NCBI GenBank assembly: GCA_963724295.1
Contig: CAVRUC010000007.1
Coordinates: 576,001-640,000 of the forward strand
DNA from: an uncultured Chloroflexia bacterium
GTDB taxonomy: Bacteria > Chloroflexota > Chloroflexia > Thermomicrobiales > UBA6265
DNA length: 64,000 nucleotides
Direction of reading: 5' to 3'
The position numbers and the translations under genes were made by a program. This document shows positions 49,386 through 60,278 of the stretch, one piece after another; position 1 is the first letter of the stretch; every line of letters begins with the position of its first letter. Under the pieces are notes generated by a model, which was not told the DNA's origin, searched no databases, and saw only the letters and a list, made by a program, of their open reading frames with translations.

Positions 49386-52124
49386 TCAAGCGGCGGGTCG
49401 CGTCAAGCGCCGCAGGACCGTCTGCAGGATGCCTCCGTTGCGGAAGTATTCGACTTCTACCGGGCTGTCGATCCGCACGATCGCATCGAACTCGATGACC
49501 TCGCCAGCTGGCCGCGTTGCCTTGATATGCACCCGCTGCCGTGGCGCGAGGTCCTGCAGCCCGAGGACATCGAAGGTCTCTTCGCCGGTCAACCCAAGCG
49601 AAGCCGCGTTTTCACCCGGCAGGAACTGCAATGGCAGGACGCCCATACCAACCAGATTGGAGCGGTGGATGCGTTCGAAACTCTCGACGAGGACCGCCTT
49701 GATGCCAAGGAGAAGCGTTCCCTTGGCGGCCCAGTCGCGCGAGGAGCCGGTGCCGTACTCCTTGCCGCCGATGACGACGAGCGGCGTTCCCTCGGCGATG
49801 TAGCGCATCGCCGCGTCGTAGATGCGCATCTCCTCGCCGCTGGGGAGATGGATGGTCCAGTTGCCCTCTTTGCCACCCACGAGCTGATTGCGCAACCGGA
49901 TGTTGGCGAACGTTCCCCGGATCATCACCTCATGGTTCCCGCGGCGAGAGCCGTACGAGTTGAACTCGTGCGGGGGCACGCCGTGCTCGATCAGGTAGCG
50001 GCCGGCCGGGCTGTCCTTGGCGATGCTTCCCGCCGGAGAGATGTGATCGGTCGTGACCGAATCCCCCAGCAGCGCCAGCACCCGGGCGCCGTGGATGTCG
50101 CCCGGCGGCGCTGGATCATCGGCGATGTCCTGGAAGAAGGGCGGGTTCTGCACGTAGGTGGAGTCCTCGCGCCACTCGTAGATGTCGCCGGATGGGACAT
50201 CCAGCCCTTGCCAGCGCTCATCGCCGGCGAAGACCATCGCGTACTCCTCACGGAACATCGCCGGGTCGACCGCGGCCTCGATAGCGGCCCGGACTTCCTC
50301 CTGGGTCGGCCAGATGTCACGCAGGTAGATGGACTCCCCGTTCGGGTCGCAGCCGATCGGGTCGTTGGCGAGGTCGAGATCGACCGTGCCGGCCAGCGCG
50401 TAGGCGACGACCAGCGGCGGCGAGGCCAGGAACGCCGCCCGCACCTGAGAGTGGATACGACCCTCGAAATTCCGGTTGCCGGAGAGCACGGCCGAAACGA
50501 CCAGCCCGTTCTCTTCGACGGCGCGGCTCACCGGTTCGGGCAGCGGTCCCGAGTTACCGATGCAAGTGGTGCAGCCATAGCCGACGACGTGAAAACCGAG
50601 CCCCTCCAGATACGGCAACAAGCCGGCCTGCGTCAGATACCGGGTGACCACCTGGGAACCGGGTGCCAGACTCGTCTTGACGTGGCCCGGAACGTCGAGC
50701 CCGAGCTCGACGGCTTTGCGCGCCAGCAGACCCGCGCCGAGCATCACCGATGGGTTCGACGTATTGGTGCAGGAGGTGATCGCGGCGATGACCACCGCCC
50801 CGTTGTCGATTCGTGCCGTAACGCCGTCGACAGCAACGGCCACGCCGCCATCTCTGGTGGCCGCCGATCCACCCCCGTTTTCCGGGAAGGCCCCCGGGTA
50901 GGTCGTGCGCAACGCGTCACGGACGGACGGCAGCGGCAACCGATCCTGAGGACGACGAGGACCGGCCACGCTGGGGACGACGTCGGCCAGATCGAGCTCG
51001 ACGAGCTGGTTGAACCGCGGCTCCGGAATTTCGTCGGTCCGGAACAGGCGTTGTGCCTTGGCGTAGGTCTCAACGAGGGCGATGCGTTCTTCCGAGCGGC
51101 CGGTCAACCGCAGGTAATCGAGCGTCTCCGCGTCGATCGGGAACAGAGAGGCGGTTGCACCGTATTCGGGCGCCATATTGGAGATCGTCGCGCGGTCCGC
51201 CAGGGACAAGGTGCTCAATCCCGCGCCGCAGAACTCGACGAACCGACCGACGACGCCAAGCGTGCGTAGCATCTCGGTCACCGCCAGCACCAGATCGGTC
51301 GCGGTCGCACCTTCCGGCAGCGCCCCGACCAGTCGCACGCCAACCACCTCGGGCGTGAGCAGATAGAGCGGCTGGCCGAGCAGCACCGCCTCCGCCTCGA
51401 TGCCGCCGACACCCCAGCCGAGGACACCAAGTCCGTTGATCATGGTCGTGTGGGAGTCGGTCCCGACGAGTGTATCGGGGAAAGCGACGGTCTCCGCTCC
51501 GACCAGTTTCGTCATCACCACTGGCGCCAGGTACTCGAGATTGACCTGGTGCACGATCCCGGTCCCGGGAGGAACGACCCGGAAGTTCTGGAACGATTGC
51601 TGTGCCCAGCGCAGGAGCTCGTACCGCTCGCGATTCCGGTCGTATTCGAGATCGACGTTCTGGGCGAACGCCATCGTGGAGCCGAAGCGATCGACCTGCA
51701 CGGAGTGATCGATGACGAGATCAGCCGGCACCAGGGGATTGATACGGGTGACGTCGCCGCCGAGCCTGGCCACGGCGTCCCGCATCGCCGCCAGATCGAC
51801 GACGGCCGGGACTCCAGTAAAGTCCTGGAGCACCACTCGCCCCGGCAGGAAGGGGAGCTCCATTCCCGGCCCTTCGCCGGTGGGCCGTGGTTCCCAACGC
51901 GCCAGGGACTTCACGGTCTCGGCGTCGACGAACTCTCCTCCCGCGTAGCGCAGGGCGTTCTCCAGCAGGATGCGCACCGTGAAGGGCAGCGTGTCGAGGT
52001 CGGCCAGCCCTTGCTCCTCGAGCGCCTCGAGGCGGTAGTAGGTGACCGTCTCTCCGAACGGAGTCGACAACGTCGACCGCGCATTGAACGGGTCAGGCGC
52101 CATGGGAAGTGGTGCGGGGTCCAT
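49386..52124 (-). CDS. acnA: Aconitate hydratase A
   Basis: [53 protein letters not shown]. Confidence 0.97.
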   Translation of the reverse strand: MDPAPLPMAPDPFNARSTLSTPFGETVTYYRLEALEEQGLADLDTLPFTVRILLENALRYAGGEFVDAETVKSLARWEPRPTGEGPGMELPFLPGRVVLQDFTGVPAVVDLAAMRDAVARLGGDVTRINPLVPADLVIDHSVQVDRFGSTMAFAQNVDLEYDRNRERYELLRWAQQSFQNFRVVPPGTGIVHQVNLEYLAPVVMTKLVGAETVAFPDTLVGTDSHTTMINGLGVLGWGVGGIEAEAVLLGQPLYLLTPEVVGVRLVGALPEGATATDLVLAVTEMLRTLGVVGRFVEFCGAGLSTLSLADRATISNMAPEYGATASLFPIDAETLDYLRLTGRSEERIALVETYAKAQRLFRTDEIPEPRFNQLVELDLADVVPSVAGPRRPQDRLPLPSVRDALRTTYPGAFPENGGGSAATRDGGVAVAVDGVTARIDNGAVVIAAITSCTNTSNPSVMLGAGLLARKAVELGLDVPGHVKTSLAPGSQVVTRYLTQAGLLPYLEGLGFHVVGYGCTTCIGNSGPLPEPVSRAVEENGLVVSAVLSGNRNFEGRIHSQVRAAFLASPPLVVAYALAGTVDLDLANDPIGCDPNGESIYLRDIWPTQEEVRAAIEAAVDPAMFREEYAMVFAGDERWQGLDVPSGDIYEWREDSTYVQNPPFFQDIADDPAPPGDIHGARVLALLGDSVTTDHISPAGSIAKDSPAGRYLIEHGVPPHEFNSYGSRRGNHEVMIRGTFANIRLRNQLVGGKEGNWTIHLPSGEEMRIYDAAMRYIAEGTPLVVIGGKEYGTGSSRDWAAKGTLLLGIKAVLVESFERIHRSNLVGMGVLPLQFLPGENAASLGLTGEETFDVLGLQDLAPRQRVHIKATRPAGEVIEFDAIVRIDSPVEVEYFRNGGILQTVLRRLTRPAA

Positions 52125-52359
52125 CGTCTTGCTGTCCTCTTGCGAAACCCGGGCAATATCAGGGAGGCGTATCGATGCACAACAACGCCCAAACCGGCTC
52201 TACTCGCCAGTTCTTGCCCGGCGCTCGTACCATGGGGAAGTTTAGACGACGGCGAGCAACTTCGAGTCGCCCTTCGTTCAGGATCAGCGCGGCACTGTCA
52301 TCGGATTCGCCGCGTGGCGTTCCGGGAACCATGCTTCCCGTCGGAGATGCGGCAGCGAA

Positions 52360-53122
52360 ATGAACGATCAGGCAATTACGTTCGACTTCCACAACACGCT
52401 CGCTTCCTGTCCGGAGTGGTTCGAGCTGGAGGTCCGTTGCCTACCCTCGTCGTTTCTTCGCTGGTGGGCGGAAAAGGGACGGCCGGGAATTCGACCCCGC
52501 TCAACTCGACGAGGCAGACGCCCGCTACCAGCAGCTGCGTCGCGAGATCATCGAGCACGGGAACGAGCTGACCGCCGAAGCCTGTCTCGAACAAGTTTTT
52601 GGCGCTATGGGGATTCAGGTCCCCGAAGACGACGTGCGGCATGGGGTCGCGCAGCTCATGCATGGGGCGCTGGCGGGAGCAACGCCGATCCCAGGGGCGG
52701 TCGCGACGGTGCGGGAGATCCACCAGGCAGGCGTCCCCATCGGTATCGTCTCCAGCGCGGTCTATCACCCGTTTCTGGAGTGGACTCTGGAGGCCTTCGG
52801 CATTCGGAACGCGTTTGACGTCGTCATCACCTCGGCCAGTGCCGGGTTCTATAAGTCTCGCGCGGAGCTCTACGTTCACGCGGCGGAGCTGCTCGGATCG
52901 ACTCCGGAGCGCATGGTTCACGTCGGTGATTCATTCCGCTTCGACGTCGCCGGCGCCAGCCGCGCCGGCATGGGAACGGTCTGGTTGCGTCGCGATCACT
53001 CAGAACCCGATGATCCTTCGCTTCATCCTGATCTCGTTCTTTCCAGCCTGGTGGCGGCGGCGCCGGAGATCCTGATGGTCTTGCGCTCTCGGCTGCTAGA
53101 TCAAGACGCGATTGATGTCTGA
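52360..53122 (+). CDS. HAD family hydrolase, frameshifted at GAAAAGGG (~52472)
   Basis: Motif I TFDFHNTL in the first ORF; IVSS, YKS and HVGDSFRFD in the second; removing one A joins them. Confidence 0.82.
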
Positions 53123-53894
53123 ATCCGCGGCCGCGACGCAGACGCCCCTCCTGCGATTCGATCTCTTCACGCTCTTCCCGGGGATCTTCGCCGGTCCGCT
53201 CGACGAGAGCATCCTGCGCCGGGCTCGAGATCGCGGCATCGTGCGGATCGACATTCACGACATCCGGGATTGGGCCATCGATAGGCATCGCACCGTCGAC
53301 GACACGACGTATGGAGGCGGCGCGGGAATGGTCATGATGGCCCCACCCATCGTCTCCGCGGTGGAGGCGACGCTCGGACCCGATTTCGCCGGGACGAGAA
53401 TCCTCGTGATGTCTGCCGCGGGCCGGCTCTTCACCCAGTCCCTGGCCAAGGAGCTGGCGGCGAGCGCGCGGATCGGGATCGTCTGCGGGCGCTACGAGGG
53501 TATCGACTACCGCGCGATCGAGATCCTGGGTGCGGAAGAGATCTCCATCGGGGACTACGTGCTGACCGGCGGCGAGCTCGCGGCCAGCGTCGTCGTCGAT
53601 GCCGTCACGCGCCTGCTGCCGGGAGTCATCGATGCCGCATCAGTCGCGGAGGAATCCCATCATCAGCGGCTGCTCGAATACCCGCAGTTCACCCGGCCAC
53701 CCGTCTTCCGCGAGCACGCCGTGCCCCCGGTCCTCTTGAGCGGGCACCATGCTGAGATCGAGCGGTGGCGTAGGGAGCAGTCCCTTCGCCGCACGGCACG
53801 CCTGCGCCGCGATCTGCTCGATCTGGAGACCCTAACTCCACCAGAGCGGGAGATCGTCGAGCAGGAGCTGGCAATGAGCCGCGAGTGCGGCTAA
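53115..53894 (+). CDS. trmD: tRNA (guanine-N1)-methyltransferase
   Basis: TLFP, VDD..YGGGAGMV, CGRYEGID, SIGDYVLTGGE, LLSGHH. Confidence 0.97.
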   Translation: MSESAAATQTPLLRFDLFTLFPGIFAGPLDESILRRARDRGIVRIDIHDIRDWAIDRHRTVDDTTYGGGAGMVMMAPPIVSAVEATLGPDFAGTRILVMSAAGRLFTQSLAKELAASARIGIVCGRYEGIDYRAIEILGAEEISIGDYVLTGGELAASVVVDAVTRLLPGVIDAASVAEESHHQRLLEYPQFTRPPVFREHAVPPVLLSGHHAEIERWRREQSLRRTARLRRDLLDLETLTPPEREIVEQELAMSRECG

Positions 53895-54676
53895 TTCGCG
53901 GTGCCGTCGCGCAGCTCGCGCCAGACCCGCAGGCTGCCGAGATCGCGCTCGGCGACGTGCCGCAGGTACGCTCCGAGCGCACCCTCCAGCTCCTCGCGCA
54001 ATGGCTTGGCGATCGTGATGCGAACCGTAGCGCCCAGACCACCGCGGTCGAGCGCGCGCAGGTATTTCTGGGCATCGACGCTGACGATGCGCGACCCGGG
54101 CTCGCGGCCGCGACACTGCTCGCAGAGGAACCCGCCCAGGCCGACGGCAAATTGATGAGGAGCCTGGGTCAAGTCCGCGTGACACTCGATGCAGCGATAA
54201 AGCTCGGGTCGGTACCCCAGTAAGACCAACAGCGCCAGCTCGTAGTGCCGGGTGACGTGAAACGCATCCACTCCATCGGCGAGCAGGCGCAGCGAGCTCG
54301 ACAGCAGATCGAAGACGGCAACGTTTTCCTGCCGGTCCTCGGTGAGCCGGGTCAGGATCTCGACCATGTGTGAGGCGTGTCCGAAGGCATCGAGATTGTT
54401 GCGGATGGCCAGGTGCGCGTCCTCTGTCTCCGCGCCGGTGATCACGTCGAGCTCGCGCCCGCGGGCCAGCATCAGCCGGGCGCGACTGAAGTATTCGAGG
54501 TGCGGACCGAGGCGGCTGAGCGGTCGCCGCGCGCCCTTCGCGATCACGCGGAGCTTGCCGTGTTGTCGCGAGTAGAGCGTCAGGATGCGATCGGCCTCGC
54601 CGAGATCCATCCGGCCGAGCACGATGGCTTCGCACCGGTAGAGCCGCTCTGAAGTTCGAGAAACGCCGCTGGTCAT
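53891..54676 (-). CDS. recO: DNA repair protein RecO
   Basis: LGEADRILTL, GKLRVIAKGAR, CxxC...CxxC. Confidence 0.95.
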   Translation of the reverse strand: MTSGVSRTSERLYRCEAIVLGRMDLGEADRILTLYSRQHGKLRVIAKGARRPLSRLGPHLEYFSRARLMLARGRELDVITGAETEDAHLAIRNNLDAFGHASHMVEILTRLTEDRQENVAVFDLLSSSLRLLADGVDAFHVTRHYELALLVLLGYRPELYRCIECHADLTQAPHQFAVGLGGFLCEQCRGREPGSRIVSVDAQKYLRALDRGGLGATVRITIAKPLREELEGALGAYLRHVAERDLGSLRVWRELRDGTAN

Positions 54677-54800
54677 CTTGTCGTCATATTTCGCAGATCG
54701 CTAGGCTAGGTCATCGCAATTTTTGCCAGACCATTCTTGTTCACTATACGGTTTTGTCCTGAAAGGGTAAGCAACCAGCACGCCCTGAAACCGCAGTCTG

Positions 54801-55676
54801 CCGGCAATCGCAATCGGCAGTCCGCGCTCCGCAGTGGTGAACTGGTCCGCGCCTAATCGTGCGAGCATCGAGCGCGAGGCGCGGTCCGTGCGAGCAGGCG
54901 TCTTTCTTGGTTCCTGGTTGTTCGTGCCCTTGCCGGTGATCGAGGTGGATTAGAGCGTTTCCGCCTCGCGCTTCCGGTTGCGCGCGAGCCGCGGCACTGG
55001 CAGCGCATCCCGGACGTCCTCTCGTGTCTTCCATTCCGGCTCTGGCGGGGCGCAGCCTTGGCCGGGAGCATAGACTGACCGCTCAACCAGGGTCATCTTG
55101 TGGATGTAGCGCGGGCAGTTCGGGAAAATCTGCTCGGGGCGCACGCGAATGACGAGTTGTGCACCGGGCCAGTCAGGAAGCAGCGGGTCGTCCTCGCCGA
55201 TCGTGGCCGTCCCATTGACACGAAGTCGCCCAGGCTGCTCAAAGTCGATAAAAAGGAGACCGACGTGAGGGTTGACGCGGATGTTGCCGAGGCTGCGGAA
55301 CATGCCATTGCCGTCGTAGTCGGGGAAGGCCAAGGTCTGCTCATCGAGAATATGGACGAAACCCGGCAATCCGCCCTTGTAGGAGCAGTCGGGCCGGCCA
55401 GCGACGTCGGCGGTAGCTAGGAAGAACATCGCGGCTCGCTCGATGAAGGCCCGGTCGCGCTCGGAGAAGGTGGCATGAAGCCGCGTCGTTTCGAGCCGGT
55501 CAGCGAGGCGGCGGGTATCGAACTGATCCTGAAGGTCTCGCGACCCATCATGGTACATGCTACCTTCGGTCATGGCGGGGTCTCCTTCGCTGGAACAGGA
55601 CGGCACCAGCGCCGTCCCTGGCATCCAACATCCTACACCTGCGGGTTACCGGCAATCGCAACGCGCAGTTCGCGCT
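54801..55676. repeat. 28-bp imperfect direct repeats (54801-54828 and 55649-55676) flanking the PNPOx-family gene
   Basis: CCGGCAATCGCAATCGGCAGTCCGCGCT vs CCGGCAATCGCAACGCGCAGTTCGCGCT (24/28 identical). Confidence 0.65.
54950..55573 (-). CDS. Pyridoxamine 5'-phosphate oxidase-family FMN-binding protein
   Basis: FFLAT, DCSYKGG.PGFV, FPDYDGNGMF.SLGNI..NP.VGLLFIDF, NCPRYIH; SD AAGGAG. Confidence 0.9.
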   Translation of the reverse strand: MTEGSMYHDGSRDLQDQFDTRRLADRLETTRLHATFSERDRAFIERAAMFFLATADVAGRPDCSYKGGLPGFVHILDEQTLAFPDYDGNGMFRSLGNIRVNPHVGLLFIDFEQPGRLRVNGTATIGEDDPLLPDWPGAQLVIRVRPEQIFPNCPRYIHKMTLVERSVYAPGQGCAPPEPEWKTREDVRDALPVPRLARNRKREAETL

Positions 55677-55834
55677 GTGATCTCGTGCCGGGCATCCAGA
55701 GGGTCAGCGGGCCACGACGAACGAAGGGCGATCAGAGCGGAGATCCAGCCGGGGTCCCTACGGGGTGGCCGGGACGGAGCTCCGCCCGAAGCGAGGAAGC
55801 GAGCCGCGTCAGACACGGTAACACCCCTGCCGGA

Positions 55835-56090
55835 CAACGCCGGCAACGCCGGCAACGCAACCAACCACCGAACCGGGAGAACGCCCCCGACCGTGTTTTT
55901 CACGTGGGGAGGGACCCGCAAGGCAAGGGCTGAAACCGCGAAGCGGCGACGAAGGAACCGGCCCTAGCCGCCGCGGGAGGGGCACCTGCTGCAGTGAAAA
56001 GACAGGGGGGCTTTTCCGTTGAGCGAGCCCGGAGGCGAAGCGAACCAGCGCGTCCCGTCAGGGCGCGCGCCGGCGATCGAGCCGGCGTTG
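55835..56090. other. Giant imperfect stem-loop (~255 nt)
   Basis: Nested arms: CAACGCCGGC/GCCGGCGTTG, GGAGAACGCCCCC/GGGGGCTTTTCC, TGTTTTTCAC/GTGAAAAGACA, CCCGC/GCGGG, GGCAAGGGC/GCCCTAGCC. Confidence 0.7.
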
Positions 56091-56216
56091 GGCCCCGCAG
56101 GGGTAGAGCCTGTTATGGACTCTGTGTGCTTGCGAGATGGAAGATTCAACCCTGCCGCGGCAGACTGACCGCTTCCTCTTCGGTGCTAGCAGGTTGAAGC
56201 AAAGGAACGTCTTGAG

Positions 56217-57619
56217 ATGACCCCTTCCGACATGGGGGCATTCGATCAATTCCGCATCAGTTACGGTGAGGGGCTCACTCCCACTGAGCAGCTGCTCAAG
56301 TACTTTGGGGAGCGTAGCTTCTTGCGCTTCTGGAGCCACGCCAACCCGCACAGGACCCCGAAGGAAGAGCTATGTGACTTGCTGGTCGTCTGCGGCGATT
56401 ACGTCATCGTCTTCTCGGACAAGAGCGTTGACTTTAAGGTTCACAGGGGCAAACAGGTAGCCTGGCGGCAGTGGTACCGAGAGGCAATTGAGGAGTCCGT
56501 CCGCCAAGTCAATGGAGCCGTGCGCCATCTCTTCGACCTCGGAACGCCGATCTTCAAGGACAAATCCTGTACCGTGCCGCTTGGGCTTCCCTTGCCTTCG
56601 CCGGAGAGGGCCAGGATCTATCGTGTTGCAGTCGGAAGCTTGACAAAGAAGGCAGACGATCCCGTATTACGTACGCCATTTCTGGCAATTAACGGGGCTT
56701 TGGCTGGCGACCAGCATGTCACTGATGGTGCGATCCCATTTAGTCTGGGGGATGTGTCGCCGAATACTGAGTTCGTGCATGTGATCGACTTTGCCGGCTT
56801 GTGGGCGGTTTTGTCAGAGCTGGATACCATCACGGACTTCGCCCGTTACCTCGACGCAAGAAAAGGATTCATTCGAGGGGGCGGCCGCAATTCTGCCGCC
56901 ACCGAGTGGTGCCTGCTGACGCGTTATCTGCTCTCCTTTACTAAGGACGGTGATTCGCTGCCACTCGATGGTGCCAATCCTGGATTTACCCGGCTGGGTG
57001 ACGGCGAACGGCAAGCAGAGAGTACCAATGCAGCACTCAGAGCAAGGAAAGAAGCAAATCGCGACAGTTACCTCTGGGATTTTCTGGTAGAGCGTCAGGC
57101 GGAGAACATCGAGCGACAGAGCTTCGACTTCTCGACCTACAGCAGTGTTCAGGACGTGGAACGCGCCGTACGCTACATGGCCCTAGAGCCCCGCTTGCAT
57201 CGCCGGGTGCTTGGTCGGGGCTGGATGAAAGCGTGCTTGAATGCCGAGCCCGGGCAGACTGGAATCTCCGGACGGTGCCTCACGGCGAGAATGATGCGGC
57301 GACCTATGTGTTCCTCACGTGGAAGCGGCCAGACGGGATGGCTCAAGATCAGTACCGACGCCAACGCCCAGAGTTTCTCAAGAAGATGGTCCTCGCTTCA
57401 CTTGTTGACATTCCCACATCAAAGTTGATTATTGGAATTTCTTCAGAGCTGGGACAGGAACCTACCTCATACGACTTACTCCACTTCAATGTCGAGGAAG
57501 ATGCCAACCAAGTCACTATTCAAGCCGATGCCAAGGCGTGCTGGGACCTCAAGAAGCAGATGTTTCGAGAACCGAGACGCACAGTCTCTGACGAGTGGGA
57601 TGTGCCGCCAATCGGTTAG
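56217..57619 (+). CDS. Hypothetical protein with an N-terminal PD-(D/E)XK/NERD-like nuclease motif; frameshift near 57260
   Basis: EELCDLLVVCGDYVIVFSDKS; visibly more AT-rich than its neighbours; C-terminus continues in ORF 57233..57619. Confidence 0.6.
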
Positions 57620-57984
57620 AGCGTGTCATGGGCCAAGCACTGCAGGTTAGGACTGGTGCTAAGGGGTGATCGCAATTCGGAGGGCCGGGCGATCAACCCC
57701 GGCCCTCGTGACCCGACCCGCCGACGGCGAGCCCATTGTCCGAAGACTAGCAGCTCGGATCTGAGGGCGGCTGATTGGCCGCATGGCCGCGAAATGGCCG
57801 CACCTGCGGCGCCTACCAGTGCCAAACGACTCAATCGAGCGAATGCAGGACTAGGCGACACTGGCAACACGTTGCGCGGCAACACCGCCCGGTGCCTCTG
57901 GCGCACAGTGCTCAACACCGATCCCCAACCCTCGGCAGAATTCGGTCAATTGCAGCACCCAGACGGCGATGGTACGGTTGCTCC

Positions 57985-58734
57985 ATGGGTGTCGAAGTCT
58001 CCTTTATTGCGGCCTTTCTGGCGGGCGTGCTCTCCATCTCGTCGCCCTGTGTGCTGCCCCTGGTGCCGATCTTCCTGGCGCATCTGGCGGGAGCCTCGGC
58101 CGGGAGCGTCGACGGGATCGGTCGCCGTCGCGTCCTGCCGAACGCCCTCGCCTACGTCCTCGGTTTTTCCCTGGTCTTCGTCTCACTTGGCGTGGCGCTG
58201 GGAGCCGCGGGAGCACTCGCTTCGACGGCCTCGGTCGTCGCCAGCAACCGCGACTGGCTGGCACGTATCGGCGGGGCGCTGCTGATCGTTCTCGGACTTC
58301 ATCAGATCGGCATCATCCGCATCCCCCTGCTGGAGCGCGAACGCCGCCTTGCACCGGATCACCTTCCCGCCGGTCAGGTGACTTCGTCTTTCCTGGTCGG
58401 GGTGACGTTTGCGGCCGGATGGTCGCCATGCGTCGGGCCGATCCTGGGCGCGATTCTGACCATGGCGGCGGGTCAGGGCAGTATCGATCGCGCCGCCTTG
58501 CTCCTGGCTACTTACTCGGCGGGGCTGGCTGTGCCGTTTCTGCTGGCGGCTGTCGCCATCGGCTCGTCGCCTAACGTCATTCGCGGTGTCAACCAGCGAC
58601 TACCCCTGGTGACGTCAGTGAGCGGCGGAGTGATGATTGCCATGGGCGCGATCATGACGCTCGGCATCTACCAGCAGTTCTTCGCGCGGCTGGTCGCCTT
58701 TTCACCGTGGACCCCCTGGGAGCCTGCGCTGTGA
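57985..58734 (+). CDS. ccdA: Cytochrome c biogenesis protein CcdA
   Basis: AFLAGVLSISSPCVLPLVP, GWSPCVGPILG. Confidence 0.93.
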   Translation: MGVEVSFIAAFLAGVLSISSPCVLPLVPIFLAHLAGASAGSVDGIGRRRVLPNALAYVLGFSLVFVSLGVALGAAGALASTASVVASNRDWLARIGGALLIVLGLHQIGIIRIPLLERERRLAPDHLPAGQVTSSFLVGVTFAAGWSPCVGPILGAILTMAAGQGSIDRAALLLATYSAGLAVPFLLAAVAIGSSPNVIRGVNQRLPLVTSVSGGVMIAMGAIMTLGIYQQFFARLVAFSPWTPWEPAL

Positions 58735-58771
58735 GATGGGCGCGAACGGCTCGTGAACGCCGCGCCCGCGG

Positions 58772-60256
58772 ATGACCCACGCCTCAGTCCAGCAGCGCGC
58801 GTTGCGACCCCGCGCCCTCCCCGAGATGGTTGTCGACCGCGTCTGGAGGTTCTTCTGCTCGGTTCGCGCCGCTGTCGTTGAGATCGCGATCCTCGCCATT
58901 CTCGTGCTCGCCGGCACGCTCCGAGGCAGCTCCGTGCCGCGGTCGATCGCGGACCAGTTTCCGATCACCGCGCCGGTCGTCGATCGCTGGTACGCCTGGG
59001 ATGTCTTTCGCTCGCTCCCTTTCGCGGGGATTCTCACGCTTCTGGCCGTGGCCATCTCGGTCTGCACCATCAATCGCGCCCCCGGTATCTGGCAGGCCAT
59101 CGCCCATCCCTCGGTCTCCACGACGCATGGCTTCTTGCGGAACGCGGAAACGTCCGCCGTTTTCGCGACTCAGATCCCGCCTCACGCGTTCGCCAGTCAG
59201 CTCGAAACCGCGTTGCGCTCCAGACGGTATCGCGTGCTTTCGGAGGAGCGTAACGGCGAGATCCATCTCTATGCGGACCGGTGGCGGTTCTCCCGGCTGG
59301 CGACCTTTCCCTTCCATCTGGCGCTGATCATGATCCTGGCGGGCGGGATCGTGGGGGCCACCTGGGGATTCCGGGAGAACGAGTTCTACATTCCAGAGGG
59401 CTCGGTTCGCGAGCTGGGTCACGGCACCGGGCTCGATGTCCGTCTCGACGACTTCTCCGAGGTCTACCGCGAGGACGGGACGGCCCTCGCCTATCGCAGC
59501 GATATCACCGTGATGCGGGACGGCCAACCGCTCCAGTCCGGATCGATGACGGTCAACAACCCGCTGACCTTCGGCAACATCGTCTTCTACCAGTCGGGGT
59601 TCGGTCAGGCCGTTGCGTTGAAGATCGAGAACAGCACAGGTCAGGTGCTTTTCGACGACGCGCTGCCGCTCGGTCCGTTTCAGTCGCGGCTCAATCCCGA
59701 TTCACCGGCCGCGCGCATGGAGCTCCTCCCGGCAGGCGTGGCCCTGAGCGTCGTCGCCCCCGACGAGGACCCCGCGAATGCACCCCAGCTCGATACCTTG
59801 CGGCTGCGCCCTGGGGAGATGTTCTTCATGATCCGACCGCTCGGGGCTGACAGTCCGATCACCGAGCCGGTCGGCGCTGCAGTCAGCCAGGGCGAGTCGA
59901 TCCAGCTAGGGGATCTCTCGCTGACTTTTGTCCGGGAGAGGCGGTTCTCTGTGCTCCAGGTAGCGAGCAACCCGGGCATTCCATTGTTCATCGCGGCGTC
60001 GGTGCTGCTGGTCGGTGGGTTGGCAGTCACGTTCTACTTCCCCCACCGGCGGGTGCGGGGTATCGTCTCCACCACGACGGACGGCAGCTCGGCGCGACTC
60101 GCACCCATCGCGCGGCGCGACTGGAGTGCGAAGCGCGTTTTCGAACAACTGGCGATCGAGATCGGTCGCCAAAACGGAGCCAGCCCCGAGTTGCACGTCA
60201 ACGAGCCAGCGGGCTCAGCGACCGGATCAGGTCAGTCCGTCCGGCCATCGCTCTGA
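58772..60256 (+). CDS. resB: Cytochrome c biogenesis protein ResB/Ccs1
   Basis: FCSVR.A, VCTINR, FHLAL, YRSDI, VNNPL...YQSGF, NPGIP. Confidence 0.88.
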   Translation: MTHASVQQRALRPRALPEMVVDRVWRFFCSVRAAVVEIAILAILVLAGTLRGSSVPRSIADQFPITAPVVDRWYAWDVFRSLPFAGILTLLAVAISVCTINRAPGIWQAIAHPSVSTTHGFLRNAETSAVFATQIPPHAFASQLETALRSRRYRVLSEERNGEIHLYADRWRFSRLATFPFHLALIMILAGGIVGATWGFRENEFYIPEGSVRELGHGTGLDVRLDDFSEVYREDGTALAYRSDITVMRDGQPLQSGSMTVNNPLTFGNIVFYQSGFGQAVALKIENSTGQVLFDDALPLGPFQSRLNPDSPAARMELLPAGVALSVVAPDEDPANAPQLDTLRLRPGEMFFMIRPLGADSPITEPVGAAVSQGESIQLGDLSLTFVRERRFSVLQVASNPGIPLFIAASVLLVGGLAVTFYFPHRRVRGIVSTTTDGSSARLAPIARRDWSAKRVFEQLAIEIGRQNGASPELHVNEPAGSATGSGQSVRPSL

Positions 60257-60278
60257 GCCGGAGCTAGAGGAATCCGAC

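Noticed and set aside
52177..52363. Short ORF with AGGGAGG upstream of the HAD gene
   Set aside because: Composition is not protein-like and it occupies the divergent acnA promoter region
56087..56093. GTTGGGC as the R' box of an attC before the nuclease-like gene
   Set aside because: No matching RYYYAAC at a suitable distance; the sequence is better explained as an arm of the giant hairpin
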